DNA of 64,000 nt. Source: a virus. Made by a program: the position numbers and the translations under genes. The notes beneath the pieces are model-generated. The model was not told where the DNA came from. It saw only the letters and a program-made list of their open reading frames with translations, and did not search any database. Shown in pieces: positions 8,647 through 18,204 of the stretch. The stretch spans positions 1-64,000 of the IMG/VR virus record IMGVR_UViG_3300012979_000038; one strand, written 5' to 3'. How positions within the stretch are numbered: the first letter of the stretch is position 1; every line of letters begins with the position of its first letter.

Positions 8647-10149
8647 ATGATTGAAAAGATTTTAACTTGTTCAGACAAAATGTCAAAGGAGTACTGCTGT
8701 ACTGTAGTTCAACTTGGTGAGATTCAAGAAATCCCAGGTGCAAATACTGTCGCAAAAACTCTTGTAAATGGTCGTACCATTGTTATTGGTAAAGAGCATA
8801 AGGAAGGTGAAATTATGTTGTATTGTTCAAATGAATCACAATTGAATTTCGACTTCTTGTCAGTAAATAATTTATTCTCAAAGGTTGAGCTTAACTGTAA
8901 TGCCGATGAGGTTAATGCTTGGTTAAATGAAAAAGTTGACCGTTCAGAAGACGAGGTTAAAGAATACTTGCGTACTCATCGTGGTTACTTCAACGAAAAG
9001 GGCCGTGTTCGTATGACTAAGCTTGCTGGTGAGATTTCAATGGGTTTCCTTTACGATTTCGAATTGCTTGCTAAGTGGTGTCCAAAATTGGCTGAGCTTA
9101 AGAATGAGCTTCCATCTATGGTTGGTAAAGACTTCGATACCGTTAATGGTGAGTTATTAGTTAAACCATACGTTCCAGAGTTGAAAGTACAAGATGGTGC
9201 TAAGAAGTCACGAGATTACCACCGTAATAAGAAATTGCGTAAGTTCAATCAAATGATTCCAGGTCAATTCTCATTCCACTATGATACTCAACAATTTGAG
9301 CGAATGATTAATACTTTCAAACCAGAAGATGTTGTAACTATTTCCAACAAGCTTCATGGTACAAGCTATATCATCGGTAATGTATTGACTAACAAGCCAA
9401 AGTACGGTGGTCTTTATTCTAAGTTGTTCTTGTACTTACCAAAGTGTTTACAATTCACTACTCCAAAGTATGATGTAATCTACTCATCTCGTTCAGTTAT
9501 TAAGAATGAGTTCATCAATAACGGTAAGACTGGTTTCAGTGCTGGTTTGGATAAGTGTTTCCATAAGTACTACGAATTACTTAAGGATTTCGTTCCAGAA
9601 GGTGTAACTCTTTATGGTGAGATTATTGGTTATGTTGAGGAATCTAACTCATTCATCCAAACTGTTGGTAAGGGTTATGACTACAAGTGTAAGCCAGGTG
9701 AGAACCAATTCATGATTTACCGAGTATCTTCATACATTGAGGAAACTGGTTATCGTAAAGAGTTGAATGTTCAAGAGGTTTACGATTTCACACTTGAATT
9801 GATTTCACGATTGACCGAGACTGGTCATGAGGATATTGCGAAGCGTATTCACCCAATTGATATTTACTATCATGGTGCATTGAAAGATTTGTACCCAGAT
9901 ATTGAAATCAACGATAAATGGCATGACAATTTCCTTGAGCGAATCAAGAACGATAAAGAGAACTTCGGTATGGAAATGAATGAGCCAATGTGCCGAAACT
10001 CAGTTCCTCGTGAAGGTATCGTTATTCGTAAGTACGATGACCCAATCAATGAAGCTTTCAAGCTTAAGTGTTTAAAGTTCCTTGGTAAAGAGGCAGCTGA
10101 AATGGATAAGGGTGTAACTACTGACATGGAAATGACAGAGCGTTACTAA
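8647..10149 (+). CDS. RNA ligase (Rnl2-type nucleotidyltransferase) with ~200-aa N-terminal extension
   Basis: Motif I KLHGTS (KxHGT, as in T4 Rnl2 KIHGTN), motif IV EGIVIR and motif V KLKCLKF near the C-terminus. The first ATG at 8584 overlaps the upstream gene, so the internal ATG at 8647 is preferred. Confidence 0.65.
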   Translation: MIEKILTCSDKMSKEYCCTVVQLGEIQEIPGANTVAKTLVNGRTIVIGKEHKEGEIMLYCSNESQLNFDFLSVNNLFSKVELNCNADEVNAWLNEKVDRSEDEVKEYLRTHRGYFNEKGRVRMTKLAGEISMGFLYDFELLAKWCPKLAELKNELPSMVGKDFDTVNGELLVKPYVPELKVQDGAKKSRDYHRNKKLRKFNQMIPGQFSFHYDTQQFERMINTFKPEDVVTISNKLHGTSYIIGNVLTNKPKYGGLYSKLFLYLPKCLQFTTPKYDVIYSSRSVIKNEFINNGKTGFSAGLDKCFHKYYELLKDFVPEGVTLYGEIIGYVEESNSFIQTVGKGYDYKCKPGENQFMIYRVSSYIEETGYRKELNVQEVYDFTLELISRLTETGHEDIAKRIHPIDIYYHGALKDLYPDIEINDKWHDNFLERIKNDKENFGMEMNEPMCRNSVPREGIVIRKYDDPINEAFKLKCLKFLGKEAAEMDKGVTTDMEMTERY

Positions 10150-10158
10150 TCAAAACAC

Positions 10159-10180
10159 GATTGGGGAGCAATCCCCAATC
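10159..10180 (+). terminator. GC-containing hairpin after the ligase gene
   Basis: GATTGGGGAGCAATCCCCAATC followed by an A/T-rich tract. Confidence 0.4.
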
Positions 10181-10196
10181 AATTAAAAACTAAAAA

Positions 10197-10403
10197 ATGA
10201 AACGTACATTAGATGAAGCTTTATTAATCACAATATTTGGTGGTTGGTTTGGTGCAGAGTTTTATTATGTAAGTAAAATGAAATGGGGAATATTATGTAC
10301 AATATTTTGGTGGACAGGTATTCCTACATTAATTTCACTTTACATGTTCTTTTATTGGTTGTATATAGGTAAGCAAAAGTTTAACTTAAAATATAATTCT
10401 TAA
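10197..10403 (+). CDS. TM2 domain membrane protein
   Basis: ITIFGGWFGAEFYYVSKMKWGILCTIFWWTGIPTLISLY matches the TM2 domain pattern: GG-WFG, aromatic-Y, then a second TM helix. Confidence 0.5.
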   Translation: MKRTLDEALLITIFGGWFGAEFYYVSKMKWGILCTIFWWTGIPTLISLYMFFYWLYIGKQKFNLKYNS

Positions 10404-10404
10404 T

Positions 10405-11265
10405 ATGAAGAGAGTAAATATAGATATTTTAATAGGTTTGCCAGGAAGTGGTAAAACTTATTATTGTGATGATATTCGCAAAAATTATAATGAAAACGTT
10501 TTATATTTGGATTTTGATGAATTACCATGTGTAGAATGTTTCAAATTACCTCAAAATGAAATAAATAACATTTTCAGATATAATGTTATAGATAGAATTT
10601 TGGTTGATGGTCTATTTACTACAATAGAAAGTCAAAATAAAATTGTTGAAAAGTTTGTTGAGTTACATAAACAACACAAAAATGATAAACGGCATGTAGC
10701 ATTCCATTTTAACTTCATTTACTTCAACGAAGACCGTGAAGCATGCTTACATAATGACAGTTTCCGTCCAGCAGAACGTTCTGCTAAAATATCTATTAAA
10801 AATCTTCCATTAGAGTGTCCTAATGTTCAAAACTTTAATAATGTTTACGGTGATGGTTTCCGTATTTCATTTGATTTGAAAAAGAAAGACATCCATAAAG
10901 TTACTGGTTATGAATTATTTGTAGAAAATAATAGAGATGATTTTTATTCACGTAAAACTGGTAAAAACATTATAGTTTCACAAGATTGGTGTCTTGGTGG
11001 TACAGTTGGATGTTGGGATGGAACTGTGTACGAATGTACTCCAGATCCTCAACCAGAAGACTTCGAAGAGTTAGATAAATTATTATCTGAGTATGCTCCA
11101 AAGATTTCTTTCTTAGAGTATAAGAAAATTAAAAAAGACGCAGTTAGAATCGAGGAAAATGTAGAGTATGATTATTACGGAGGCAAAGAAACTCGAAGAT
11201 ACTATGTATGTGATTTAGATGTTTTATTTGGACATTTAGTTGAACTTGGATATATTAATGCATAA
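10405..11265 (+). CDS. P-loop polynucleotide-kinase-like protein (kinase domain only)
   Basis: Walker A ILIGLPGSGKTYY, similar to the T4 Pnk N-terminus IGCPGSGKST. Adjacent to the RNA ligase. No DxDGT phosphatase motif seen. Confidence 0.5.
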   Translation: MKRVNIDILIGLPGSGKTYYCDDIRKNYNENVLYLDFDELPCVECFKLPQNEINNIFRYNVIDRILVDGLFTTIESQNKIVEKFVELHKQHKNDKRHVAFHFNFIYFNEDREACLHNDSFRPAERSAKISIKNLPLECPNVQNFNNVYGDGFRISFDLKKKDIHKVTGYELFVENNRDDFYSRKTGKNIIVSQDWCLGGTVGCWDGTVYECTPDPQPEDFEELDKLLSEYAPKISFLEYKKIKKDAVRIEENVEYDYYGGKETRRYYVCDLDVLFGHLVELGYINA

Positions 11266-11269
11266 TAAT

Positions 11270-11557
11270 ATGGATAATCGTCAAAAACAAATAGTTGATA
11301 ACTTTATTAGTATTTTTGCTAATTCTCATAAATCATCTGATGCATTTAATTTATTGGACATAGTATGTACAGGTGCATCATATGTATTAACTTATGGTGA
11401 ATTAATAGAAATACTTAATAAAGTTAAAAATGAGTTAAAAACTTTGATTGGAAAAGATAAGCCAAATGGTTATGGATTTAAATTTTCCGATGAAGATATT
11501 CTTTACTTTAAACGTGGAATTCAGCAAAAAATCAATATTCTAAAACAAATACAATAG
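11270..11557 (+). CDS. hypothetical protein
   Basis: ORF from the internal ATG 11270 chosen to avoid overlap with the kinase gene; alternative start at 11240. Confidence 0.35.
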   Translation: MDNRQKQIVDNFISIFANSHKSSDAFNLLDIVCTGASYVLTYGELIEILNKVKNELKTLIGKDKPNGYGFKFSDEDILYFKRGIQQKINILKQIQ

Positions 11558-11563
11558 TAAAAA

Positions 11564-11616
11564 TTTGAAATTTTCATATTTTGTTCTATATTAGTATTGT
11601 AATATTAATTTAAAAA
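11564..11616 (+). promoter_or_regulatory. class A promoter-like motif
   Basis: TTTGAAATTTTCATATTTTGTTCTATATTAGTATTGTAATATTAATTTAAAAA, ending 11 nt before the ATG at 11627. Confidence 0.55.
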
Positions 11617-11626
11617 CAAATACTTT

Positions 11627-12280
11627 ATGACAAAACGTACGAAATTTTTAATTGTTTTTGGAGTTATTTTTGTTTCATTAACTATAATCTTTCCAACAAT
11701 TTATAACAGTGTAAAAACACGTAAAGCAACATCTGAATATCCTTACATAGTTTATCGCGGTAATATGGAGCTTAAGCTTCAAGAGAGTAAAGGTCTTTTG
11801 GTAGATGAGGTTAATGCATATATTGCACGTATTGCTCCAACAAGTAACCTTAACGGTCGTATTCTTGTTGAGTTATGTGATGAATATAATATTGATATTA
11901 AGTTTGTTCTTGCGCAAGGTCAAATCGAATCACATTATGGTACTCGTGGGTTGGCATCAAAAACTAATTCAGTTTTCAATGTTTTAGCTTATGATGGTCA
12001 TTCTTATAACCAAATTTGTAAAAACGGAAAGTATTCTCATCCAGATCATTCCATTCGTCCTTATCTTCAATTGTTAGCAGATGATTACCTCGTAGATGGT
12101 AAAACTGAATATGATTTAATGGATGAATTTGTAAACAAAGACGGTAATAGATATGCCTCTGCAAAAGATTACGAAAATAAACTTAAGAGTACATATAACT
12201 CAATTTCAGATACAACAAACACAAATATTGATTATTTGATGAAACAATATAATCATTACAAAATTATAACAGGTAGTTGA
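11627..12280 (+). CDS. membrane-anchored glucosaminidase-like peptidoglycan hydrolase (lysin candidate)
   Basis: N-terminal TM helix. AQGQIESHYGTRGLASKTNSVFNV resembles the mannosyl-glycoprotein endo-beta-N-acetylglucosaminidase core AQAxLESGWG...NNLFG. Confidence 0.5.
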   Translation: MTKRTKFLIVFGVIFVSLTIIFPTIYNSVKTRKATSEYPYIVYRGNMELKLQESKGLLVDEVNAYIARIAPTSNLNGRILVELCDEYNIDIKFVLAQGQIESHYGTRGLASKTNSVFNVLAYDGHSYNQICKNGKYSHPDHSIRPYLQLLADDYLVDGKTEYDLMDEFVNKDGNRYASAKDYENKLKSTYNSISDTTNTNIDYLMKQYNHYKIITGS

Positions 12281-12334
12281 ATTTAGGTTCAACTATTTGC
12301 TATATTTTTTTAATACAACTAATATTTTTAACAG

Positions 12335-13585
12335 ATGGAATTTAGTCAAGATATACAGAAGTTTTTAGAAGAGAATTATCCGAACGTCGATATTTATAAT
12401 ATGACTTTGGAAGAATTGGAAGCATTCAAAACAGAGATTATTCAAAAACGCCAAGAATATGCGTTGTTGGAGAATGCTCAAAAGGTTTTAGCTAACGCAG
12501 CTTATGGTTCTTCTGCAAGTAATGTTTTCTATTTCTTTAACGTTAATTTGGCGGCGGATATTACTGGTGAATGTCGAGAATTAACAAAATCAATGTGGCA
12601 TAACTTGGAGAATTTCTTTCATGAAACTATTTGGGAACGTAAAGATTTGTGGGAACAGTTTGATTTTGCATTGGATGAAAGTAAACATGATTGGTATCGT
12701 CAACAGGTAGTATCTTGTTATAGTGATACTGACTCTGTTTATACAACTTATGAAAATTTCTTTAACTGTTTTACGGCTGAAGCTTTAGCTAAATATCCAA
12801 CAACTGAAGATAAGATTCATTGGATTTTGAAGTTTAATAAAGAGTTCCTTGATAAACAGAATAATAGATGGTGTGAGGAAATGTATAATCCTCGTCATGG
12901 TCAAAATGTTCATGAGTTCGAGTTGGAAACTGTTTGTGAATCTCAAATTATTCTTAAGAAAAAGAAATATCTTAAAGGTCTTCGTTATAATAAAGGTAAG
13001 TTCCTTGATAAACCAAAGATGTCAGGTACAGGTATTGAGATTATCAAATCAACAACTCCAAAACTTTGTCGAGAGATTTTGACAGATCTTACACGTATTT
13101 TAATGTTTGAGTTCTCCGAAGAAAACCGTGACGAATTTATTATGATGTTCAATAATAAAATTCAAGAGTATCGTAAAATTTTCTATAATGCACCAATTGA
13201 AGATATTTCGCAATCTGTAGGTGTTGGAGCTTATAAGAAATATATTATTGAGGATGAGGAACAATTGATTCTTGGTAAACAATGTCCAGTATCTGTACAT
13301 GCGATTGGAAGATTTAATTATTTGGCACATAAAAATGGTGAAGATTCTAAACGAACATATTCTGGAAAGATTAAGTATTATAACATCATAACAGGCAAGG
13401 AAGGTAAAAATCCGGTTATTGGTTACTTTGGTTTCCCAGCAGGTGAATTACCAGATTGGGCTCCACCAATGCATAAACAAACACAGTGGAAGAAAAACGT
13501 AATTGACCCAATTAACCGTTTCTTGGAAGTTATGAAAATTCCATTGGCAACATCTTCATCAGTAATTCAGTTGGACTTATTTTAA
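12335..13585 (+). CDS. family B DNA polymerase, C-terminal fragment (fingers/palm/thumb) as a stand-alone ORF
   Basis: Motif B KVLANAAYG (Kx3NSxYG-like), motif C YSDTDSVY, KKKKY (KKRY). No motif A (DxxSLYPS) and no exonuclease motifs. The gene upstream is a lysin, so the N-terminal half is encoded elsewhere. Confidence 0.7.
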   Translation: MEFSQDIQKFLEENYPNVDIYNMTLEELEAFKTEIIQKRQEYALLENAQKVLANAAYGSSASNVFYFFNVNLAADITGECRELTKSMWHNLENFFHETIWERKDLWEQFDFALDESKHDWYRQQVVSCYSDTDSVYTTYENFFNCFTAEALAKYPTTEDKIHWILKFNKEFLDKQNNRWCEEMYNPRHGQNVHEFELETVCESQIILKKKKYLKGLRYNKGKFLDKPKMSGTGIEIIKSTTPKLCREILTDLTRILMFEFSEENRDEFIMMFNNKIQEYRKIFYNAPIEDISQSVGVGAYKKYIIEDEEQLILGKQCPVSVHAIGRFNYLAHKNGEDSKRTYSGKIKYYNIITGKEGKNPVIGYFGFPAGELPDWAPPMHKQTQWKKNVIDPINRFLEVMKIPLATSSSVIQLDLF

Positions 13586-13598
13586 AATATAAAACATA

Positions 13599-14234
13599 AT
13601 GAACGATAAACTTAGAAATGCAATAACATTATACTTGGATATTCTTAATACTAATGATGAATTAGTAAAACGAGTTAATAACGCAGTTGTAGACGTAAAC
13701 GATGTTATAAGCAAAATTTGGGAAATAGATTTACCATATGTTTTTAGCGGACAGATTGTAGGTAGACTTGTTGAAACATGTTTGGCTAAACATATGATAA
13801 ATATAAATGGGTGTTGGTATAAACATGGTAATGAAAACTCCAGAGAAAAAGATTTTGAATGTGTAGCAGTTTTCAGTAAACTTAAATCATCCCCATATTT
13901 GAAAGATTTTTTAATATCTGTAGATAAAGACCCAGAAGATATCTATAATTTCGGTATTGAATTAAAATGTTCTGGTAGAGCAAATACACCAACCGGAAAC
14001 AAATCATATGCGATGGACACGACTGCCGAAAAAGATAAATCATCGTTCTATATATTTATAAGATATAAAGAAAACAAAAAAGAGTTTAATGGTAAGTCTT
14101 ATTTAAATAGTATAGAATTAAAGGGAGCTTGGTTTGGTTTCTTATCACAGTCTGATTGGAAAACATATAACTCTGGACAAAACGCGACAGTTTCTGCGCA
14201 AACAATGAAGAGTAATTTTATTAAGTTCATATAA
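13599..14234 (+). CDS. hypothetical protein
   Basis: 211-aa ORF. Confidence 0.4.
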   Translation: MNDKLRNAITLYLDILNTNDELVKRVNNAVVDVNDVISKIWEIDLPYVFSGQIVGRLVETCLAKHMININGCWYKHGNENSREKDFECVAVFSKLKSSPYLKDFLISVDKDPEDIYNFGIELKCSGRANTPTGNKSYAMDTTAEKDKSSFYIFIRYKENKKEFNGKSYLNSIELKGAWFGFLSQSDWKTYNSGQNATVSAQTMKSNFIKFI

Positions 14235-14238
14235 ACAA

Positions 14239-14266
14239 ATGCCGAAAATTTTCGGCATTTTATTTT
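14239..14266 (+). terminator. rho-independent terminator
   Basis: ATGCCGAAAATTTTCGGCAT hairpin followed by TTTATTTT. Confidence 0.6.
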
Positions 14267-14306
14267 GAAAATTTTTAGATTTTTACTATATTAAATATGT
14301 AATTAA
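14264..14306 (+). promoter_or_regulatory. class A promoter-like motif
   Basis: TTTGAAAATTTTTAGATTTTTACTATATTAAATATGTAATTAA, ending 19 nt before the ATG at 14325. Confidence 0.5.
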
Positions 14307-14324
14307 CACAAAATTTCAAAATAT

Positions 14325-14987
14325 ATGATTATCGAAATTGTTCCTGATTTAAGAAAAAAGATTTACAACACCAAGATTGGCTATAGTACTTATAACCTTG
14401 TAAATTGGTATGGTGATTTTTCAACAATGACAGAAGATGATTTTGTTGAAGGTTTTAAACAGTTCGCTGCAGCTATCTTCATAACTTACGAAAATTTTGT
14501 TACACCTGAACTTATTGAACGTGTAGAAAAGTGTAAGGAACGTCAAATGAATAATTGGATTAAGTTTGCTGACCAAAAATACAAACGTGAAAGTTCAAAA
14601 CAAAAATTTCTTGAGCGAAAACGCCAGGAAGTAGAAAACGATACTTACTTTAATCGAATTGATACCTATTTCTTCTTTGATGTTGATCCAACTCAAGATA
14701 CACAGAACGGAATTCCACAATGGGCAACAATTACCAAGGAACGTGTTAATGATGAATTGTGGTTGAGACATCTTTATCGATGTTTGATTGAAGAACCTTG
14801 GTTCCGTAAATCAACTATCTTGTCATTGTTTTATGAAGCTTCAAACGACACTAAGAAATTTTCTTTCCGTCCGCAAGTAAAATTCATTATGGATGAGGAT
14901 TCAATGATTGAACGAGATAAACAAGCTAGAAAATTGAGTGAAGATATAGCTCATTTTTATAGTGATTGCAGATACTGCGAAGATTAA
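14325..14987 (+). CDS. hypothetical protein
   Basis: 220-aa ORF. Confidence 0.4.
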   Translation: MIIEIVPDLRKKIYNTKIGYSTYNLVNWYGDFSTMTEDDFVEGFKQFAAAIFITYENFVTPELIERVEKCKERQMNNWIKFADQKYKRESSKQKFLERKRQEVENDTYFNRIDTYFFFDVDPTQDTQNGIPQWATITKERVNDELWLRHLYRCLIEEPWFRKSTILSLFYEASNDTKKFSFRPQVKFIMDEDSMIERDKQARKLSEDIAHFYSDCRYCED

Positions 14988-14996
14988 TTGAAACAT

Positions 14997-15278
14997 ATGA
15001 AAAACTTACAAGAATATATAACGGAATCATCTGCAAAAGTTGTTAGGAATCATAAGCTTAACAAACTTTTGAAACAGAATGGATTGGAAAAGATTCAACT
15101 ATGTAAAGGAAATGGTTATTTCTGGTTGACTAGCGAAGATGATGAAACATATCGGATTCTATCATCTTTAGAAACAACATCCATTTATACTAATTCATTT
15201 TCTGACCAGACACCAGAAGCATGGGTTGAAGAAATTAAAGAACTTTTAAAGGACACAGAACTTATACAAAACAAATAA
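14997..15278 (+). CDS. small protein with CTS-like N-terminus (MKNLQEYITES)
   Basis: Internal Met chosen (ORF opens at 14988 as MKHMKNL...). The leader resembles the MK[ST]L.xYI.E family described in findings. Confidence 0.4.
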   Translation: MKNLQEYITESSAKVVRNHKLNKLLKQNGLEKIQLCKGNGYFWLTSEDDETYRILSSLETTSIYTNSFSDQTPEAWVEEIKELLKDTELIQNK

Positions 15279-15283
15279 TCATT

Positions 15284-15610
15284 ATGGGAATTTTTATAGC
15301 AATATCGATGGGATTGGGATTTCTTTTATTCCTTTTAAATATTTTATTATTTGATACATTTGCATCAAACTTTAACAAAATCACATTTGGATTAATTTCA
15401 TTGATTCCAGTTTTTGGAGTTTTTATAATGCTTTTATCTATTGGGTGGGATGCTAGTCATTACAAACATTCAGGATTTGGAAGTAGTATTTATTCCAATG
15501 AAGTATATGTTAAACGAACTAAGCTCAATCGTTGGTTATTCAATGATATTAATTGGAAAGAATGGGACGAACATGTAGAACGATGTAAAAAATTTGATGA
15601 CCCAGAATAA
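15284..15610 (+). CDS. membrane protein (2 TM)
   Basis: Hydrophobic N-terminal half MGIFIAISMGLGFLLFLLNILLF...LISLIPVFGVFIMLL. Confidence 0.4.
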   Translation: MGIFIAISMGLGFLLFLLNILLFDTFASNFNKITFGLISLIPVFGVFIMLLSIGWDASHYKHSGFGSSIYSNEVYVKRTKLNRWLFNDINWKEWDEHVERCKKFDDPE

Positions 15611-15735
15611 AAGTTAAATAAGTTACATCTAAGACACTTAAATTCTTTTATAATATATTTTATTAAAAAGATTTATTAAATATCACCAGATGTAACGAGA
15701 TTAAACGAGGGAGAACATTTTAAACCGTTATAAAG

Positions 15736-15948
15736 ATGATATTTCATAATCTAAAAGATATAGTAGATATTTATAGTTCTACTCCTGATGGAAAATTAGA
15801 TTATACCTGGGATAAAGCTAAGATTACTGTTTGGAATCCTATTGAACAAAAGGAGATGGAACTACAATTTGTTGGTAGTCAAAGAAATGATGATCCAACT
15901 AAGTCAGAAATAAATTTTATTGTAACATATAAAGATGAGCAAGTTTAA
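15736..15948 (+). CDS. hypothetical protein
   Basis: 70-aa ORF. Confidence 0.3.
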   Translation: MIFHNLKDIVDIYSSTPDGKLDYTWDKAKITVWNPIEQKEMELQFVGSQRNDDPTKSEINFIVTYKDEQV

Positions 15949-16507
15949 AACCATTACAACAGCTATTGGAGAATTTTTCCTATATGACTTGAATTTTTAT
16001 AAAGTTCAAGATTTCTTTTATAATCTAAAATGGTTCTTTAGAAATCTTAAGAATTTTAGAAAACAATTATGGAATTTCCGTAGTTATGATTTTTCTTTTG
16101 CTATAGATATGTTGGTGTGTTGTTTACAACAACTAGCAGATTCTATTGAAAATGGACATGAGGAAGAACGTTCTGCTACAAAGAAAGTAGCAAAAATTCG
16201 TGAGCTTATAGACCTTTTACAACATGATATTGATGACGATATGTATAATGTCTATAGAACAATGAAAGATGAAGACATTGATAGTGCATTAATAAACAAA
16301 GAATGCAACAAGGTTTATCATGATTATTATAAAAAGATTTTCGATATTATTGAAGGTCAAAATACATATATTCTTTCAGAAAATGTTAACGAAATTCTAC
16401 AGAAAAAATATCCTGATAAAGAACTAAAAGATATACCTCATGAGGAATGGTATGATGAATGGGTTAATCAATTCGATGGATCTGGATATGGTGGTTGGTG
16501 GGATTAG
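15935..16507 (+). CDS. hypothetical protein
   Basis: 190-aa ORF ending at a convergent terminator. Confidence 0.4.
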   Translation: MSKFKTITTAIGEFFLYDLNFYKVQDFFYNLKWFFRNLKNFRKQLWNFRSYDFSFAIDMLVCCLQQLADSIENGHEEERSATKKVAKIRELIDLLQHDIDDDMYNVYRTMKDEDIDSALINKECNKVYHDYYKKIFDIIEGQNTYILSENVNEILQKKYPDKELKDIPHEEWYDEWVNQFDGSGYGGWWD

Positions 16508-16530
16508 AAAATATAAAAACTATAAAGAAA

Positions 16531-16560
16531 ATGGACTCCTATTGGAGTCCATTTTTATTT
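16531..16560. terminator. bidirectional rho-independent terminator between convergent blocks
   Basis: ATGGACTCCTATTGGAGTCCAT followed by TTTTTATTT; A-rich on the other side. Confidence 0.6.
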
Positions 16561-16848
16561 TAGTTTAATAGTTTTTTGTTCAATATTAAATAATGTTTGA
16601 TCATGCGGAACAAGCTTATATGTTATTTGAGAGATGCTTTTATTCCTGAATATATAATCTATTGACCCATCAGATCTATCATCTCTGGTGTACTCGAATT
16701 CAATTCTAGATAAATCTATATTTCTATATATATCATTACCAGAATCATCTATTCCACCAAAGAAAAATAGATGTATAAATTCATTCTCATCTCTATATAT
16801 ATTTACAAATCCAGGAAACATATTTAAGCCTTTCTTACTCTCCACCAA
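16555..16848 (-). CDS. hypothetical protein
   Basis: 97-aa ORF. Confidence 0.35.
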   Translation of the reverse strand: MVESKKGLNMFPGFVNIYRDENEFIHLFFFGGIDDSGNDIYRNIDLSRIEFEYTRDDRSDGSIDYIFRNKSISQITYKLVPHDQTLFNIEQKTIKLK

Positions 16849-17726
16849 ATATTATCAATTGTTTCCGAAACATAACCTTCTGGAACAAAATTAGTATTTG
16901 GTCCTTCTGAAGCGTTATCAGCTGGGTTAAAATCTAAAAACTCACCACCTCTAACTTCAACTGTTACATTATCTCTTTCTGCATCAAGAATATTTACTGC
17001 GCAACGTTTGTTTAATGTTCCTGGAACAGATTCATCTCTTAATGGTGCAATATATTTTCCTCCATTAATAATTATAGAAGAACCAGCTTTTGATGTATAA
17101 ATTAAATCTCCACTTGGATTGCTTGCATAATATTCTCCACCATTCAAAATAACTGAACCACCATATGCCCAAACAGGTATACCTTGGTTAGATCTTTCTG
17201 AAATAACCTTACCATTACCATTAATAGTTAGAATACCATTTGTATGAACAACAAAAACATTAGAAGATTCTCCACTTGGTGTTGGTCTATTTTTTGCAGT
17301 AATGTTATGACCATTAAGATTCAAAATAACTTCTCCTTTAACATTAATATGAGATTCTTTAAGAATTATATCTGTATCAAGAGTTATTTCTCCTCCATTT
17401 TCCATAATACTCATAAATTCTGCTAAATAATCTTGTGTAGCACTGTTAGAATCTATGATAGTAAAAACTTGTTTTAATTCTGGTTTTGATTCAATTTCTT
17501 CTTCAGAAAGATTAACCGTTTCAACTAAAGAATTCATAGCGGACGCATATTCTTTAGCAGGTTTTGAAGCTGCATTATTAAGTCTTGCACCACGTTGCAT
17601 CATCCAAGAAAATTTATCATAAAGATTTTTTCTCTCTTCGTCTGATTTACAACTGCATAAAATTTTATTTACATTAATATTTAAACCAGTAGCTTTTCTA
17701 AAATTTTCTGAAAATAAACTATACAT
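16824..17726 (-). CDS. parallel beta-helix repeat protein (possible tail spike/depolymerase-like)
   Basis: Repeated G-x-I-x-N-G / NGGxY motifs: ILNLNGHNITAK, GILTINGNGKVIS, GSVILNGGEYY, SIIINGGKYIA. Confidence 0.45.
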   Translation of the reverse strand: MYSLFSENFRKATGLNINVNKILCSCKSDEERKNLYDKFSWMMQRGARLNNAASKPAKEYASAMNSLVETVNLSEEEIESKPELKQVFTIIDSNSATQDYLAEFMSIMENGGEITLDTDIILKESHINVKGEVILNLNGHNITAKNRPTPSGESSNVFVVHTNGILTINGNGKVISERSNQGIPVWAYGGSVILNGGEYYASNPSGDLIYTSKAGSSIIINGGKYIAPLRDESVPGTLNKRCAVNILDAERDNVTVEVRGGEFLDFNPADNASEGPNTNFVPEGYVSETIDNIWWRVRKA

Positions 17727-17852
17727 ATTTTATTTTTAAATTTATTTTTATCATTTTTAAGACCATTTAAATTACATAATATTAAATACTATTAGACTAA
17801 TATTTAAGTTCATCTCGAATGAACAGTGTAATTCTAGAAGTCATGTTAAAAC

Positions 17853-18176
17853 TTATTCTTCAACATCAATTTCAGATAAATCTTCGTTTTCAGTAACTTC
17901 GTTTTCGTCATTTTCATCTTGACCAGGAACCAATTCATCATCATTTACATCTGGTGTTGGTTCTGGATCTGGTGTTGGTTCAACTGGAGTATCTGATAAC
18001 TCAGCAGTAATATCTGCAACTAAATCTTCTCTATCTGAATTTTTAAAAGCTGTTCCGGCTGGTAAATGCCAAAGAATATGATTAAGTAAATCATTTCTGT
18101 TTTCTTCTGTTGCGTTAGCAATCATTGATTCAATATCAATTCTTGTATGTGCTAAATTATAAAATCTGTTATTCAT
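17853..18176 (-). CDS. acidic hypothetical protein
   Basis: 107 aa with PEPTPDPEPTPD and an acidic C-terminus. Confidence 0.4.
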   Translation of the reverse strand: MNNRFYNLAHTRIDIESMIANATEENRNDLLNHILWHLPAGTAFKNSDREDLVADITAELSDTPVEPTPDPEPTPDVNDDELVPGQDENDENEVTENEDLSEIDVEE

Positions 18177-18204
18177 AGTTTAAATTAATTAAATAATATA
18201 TTTT

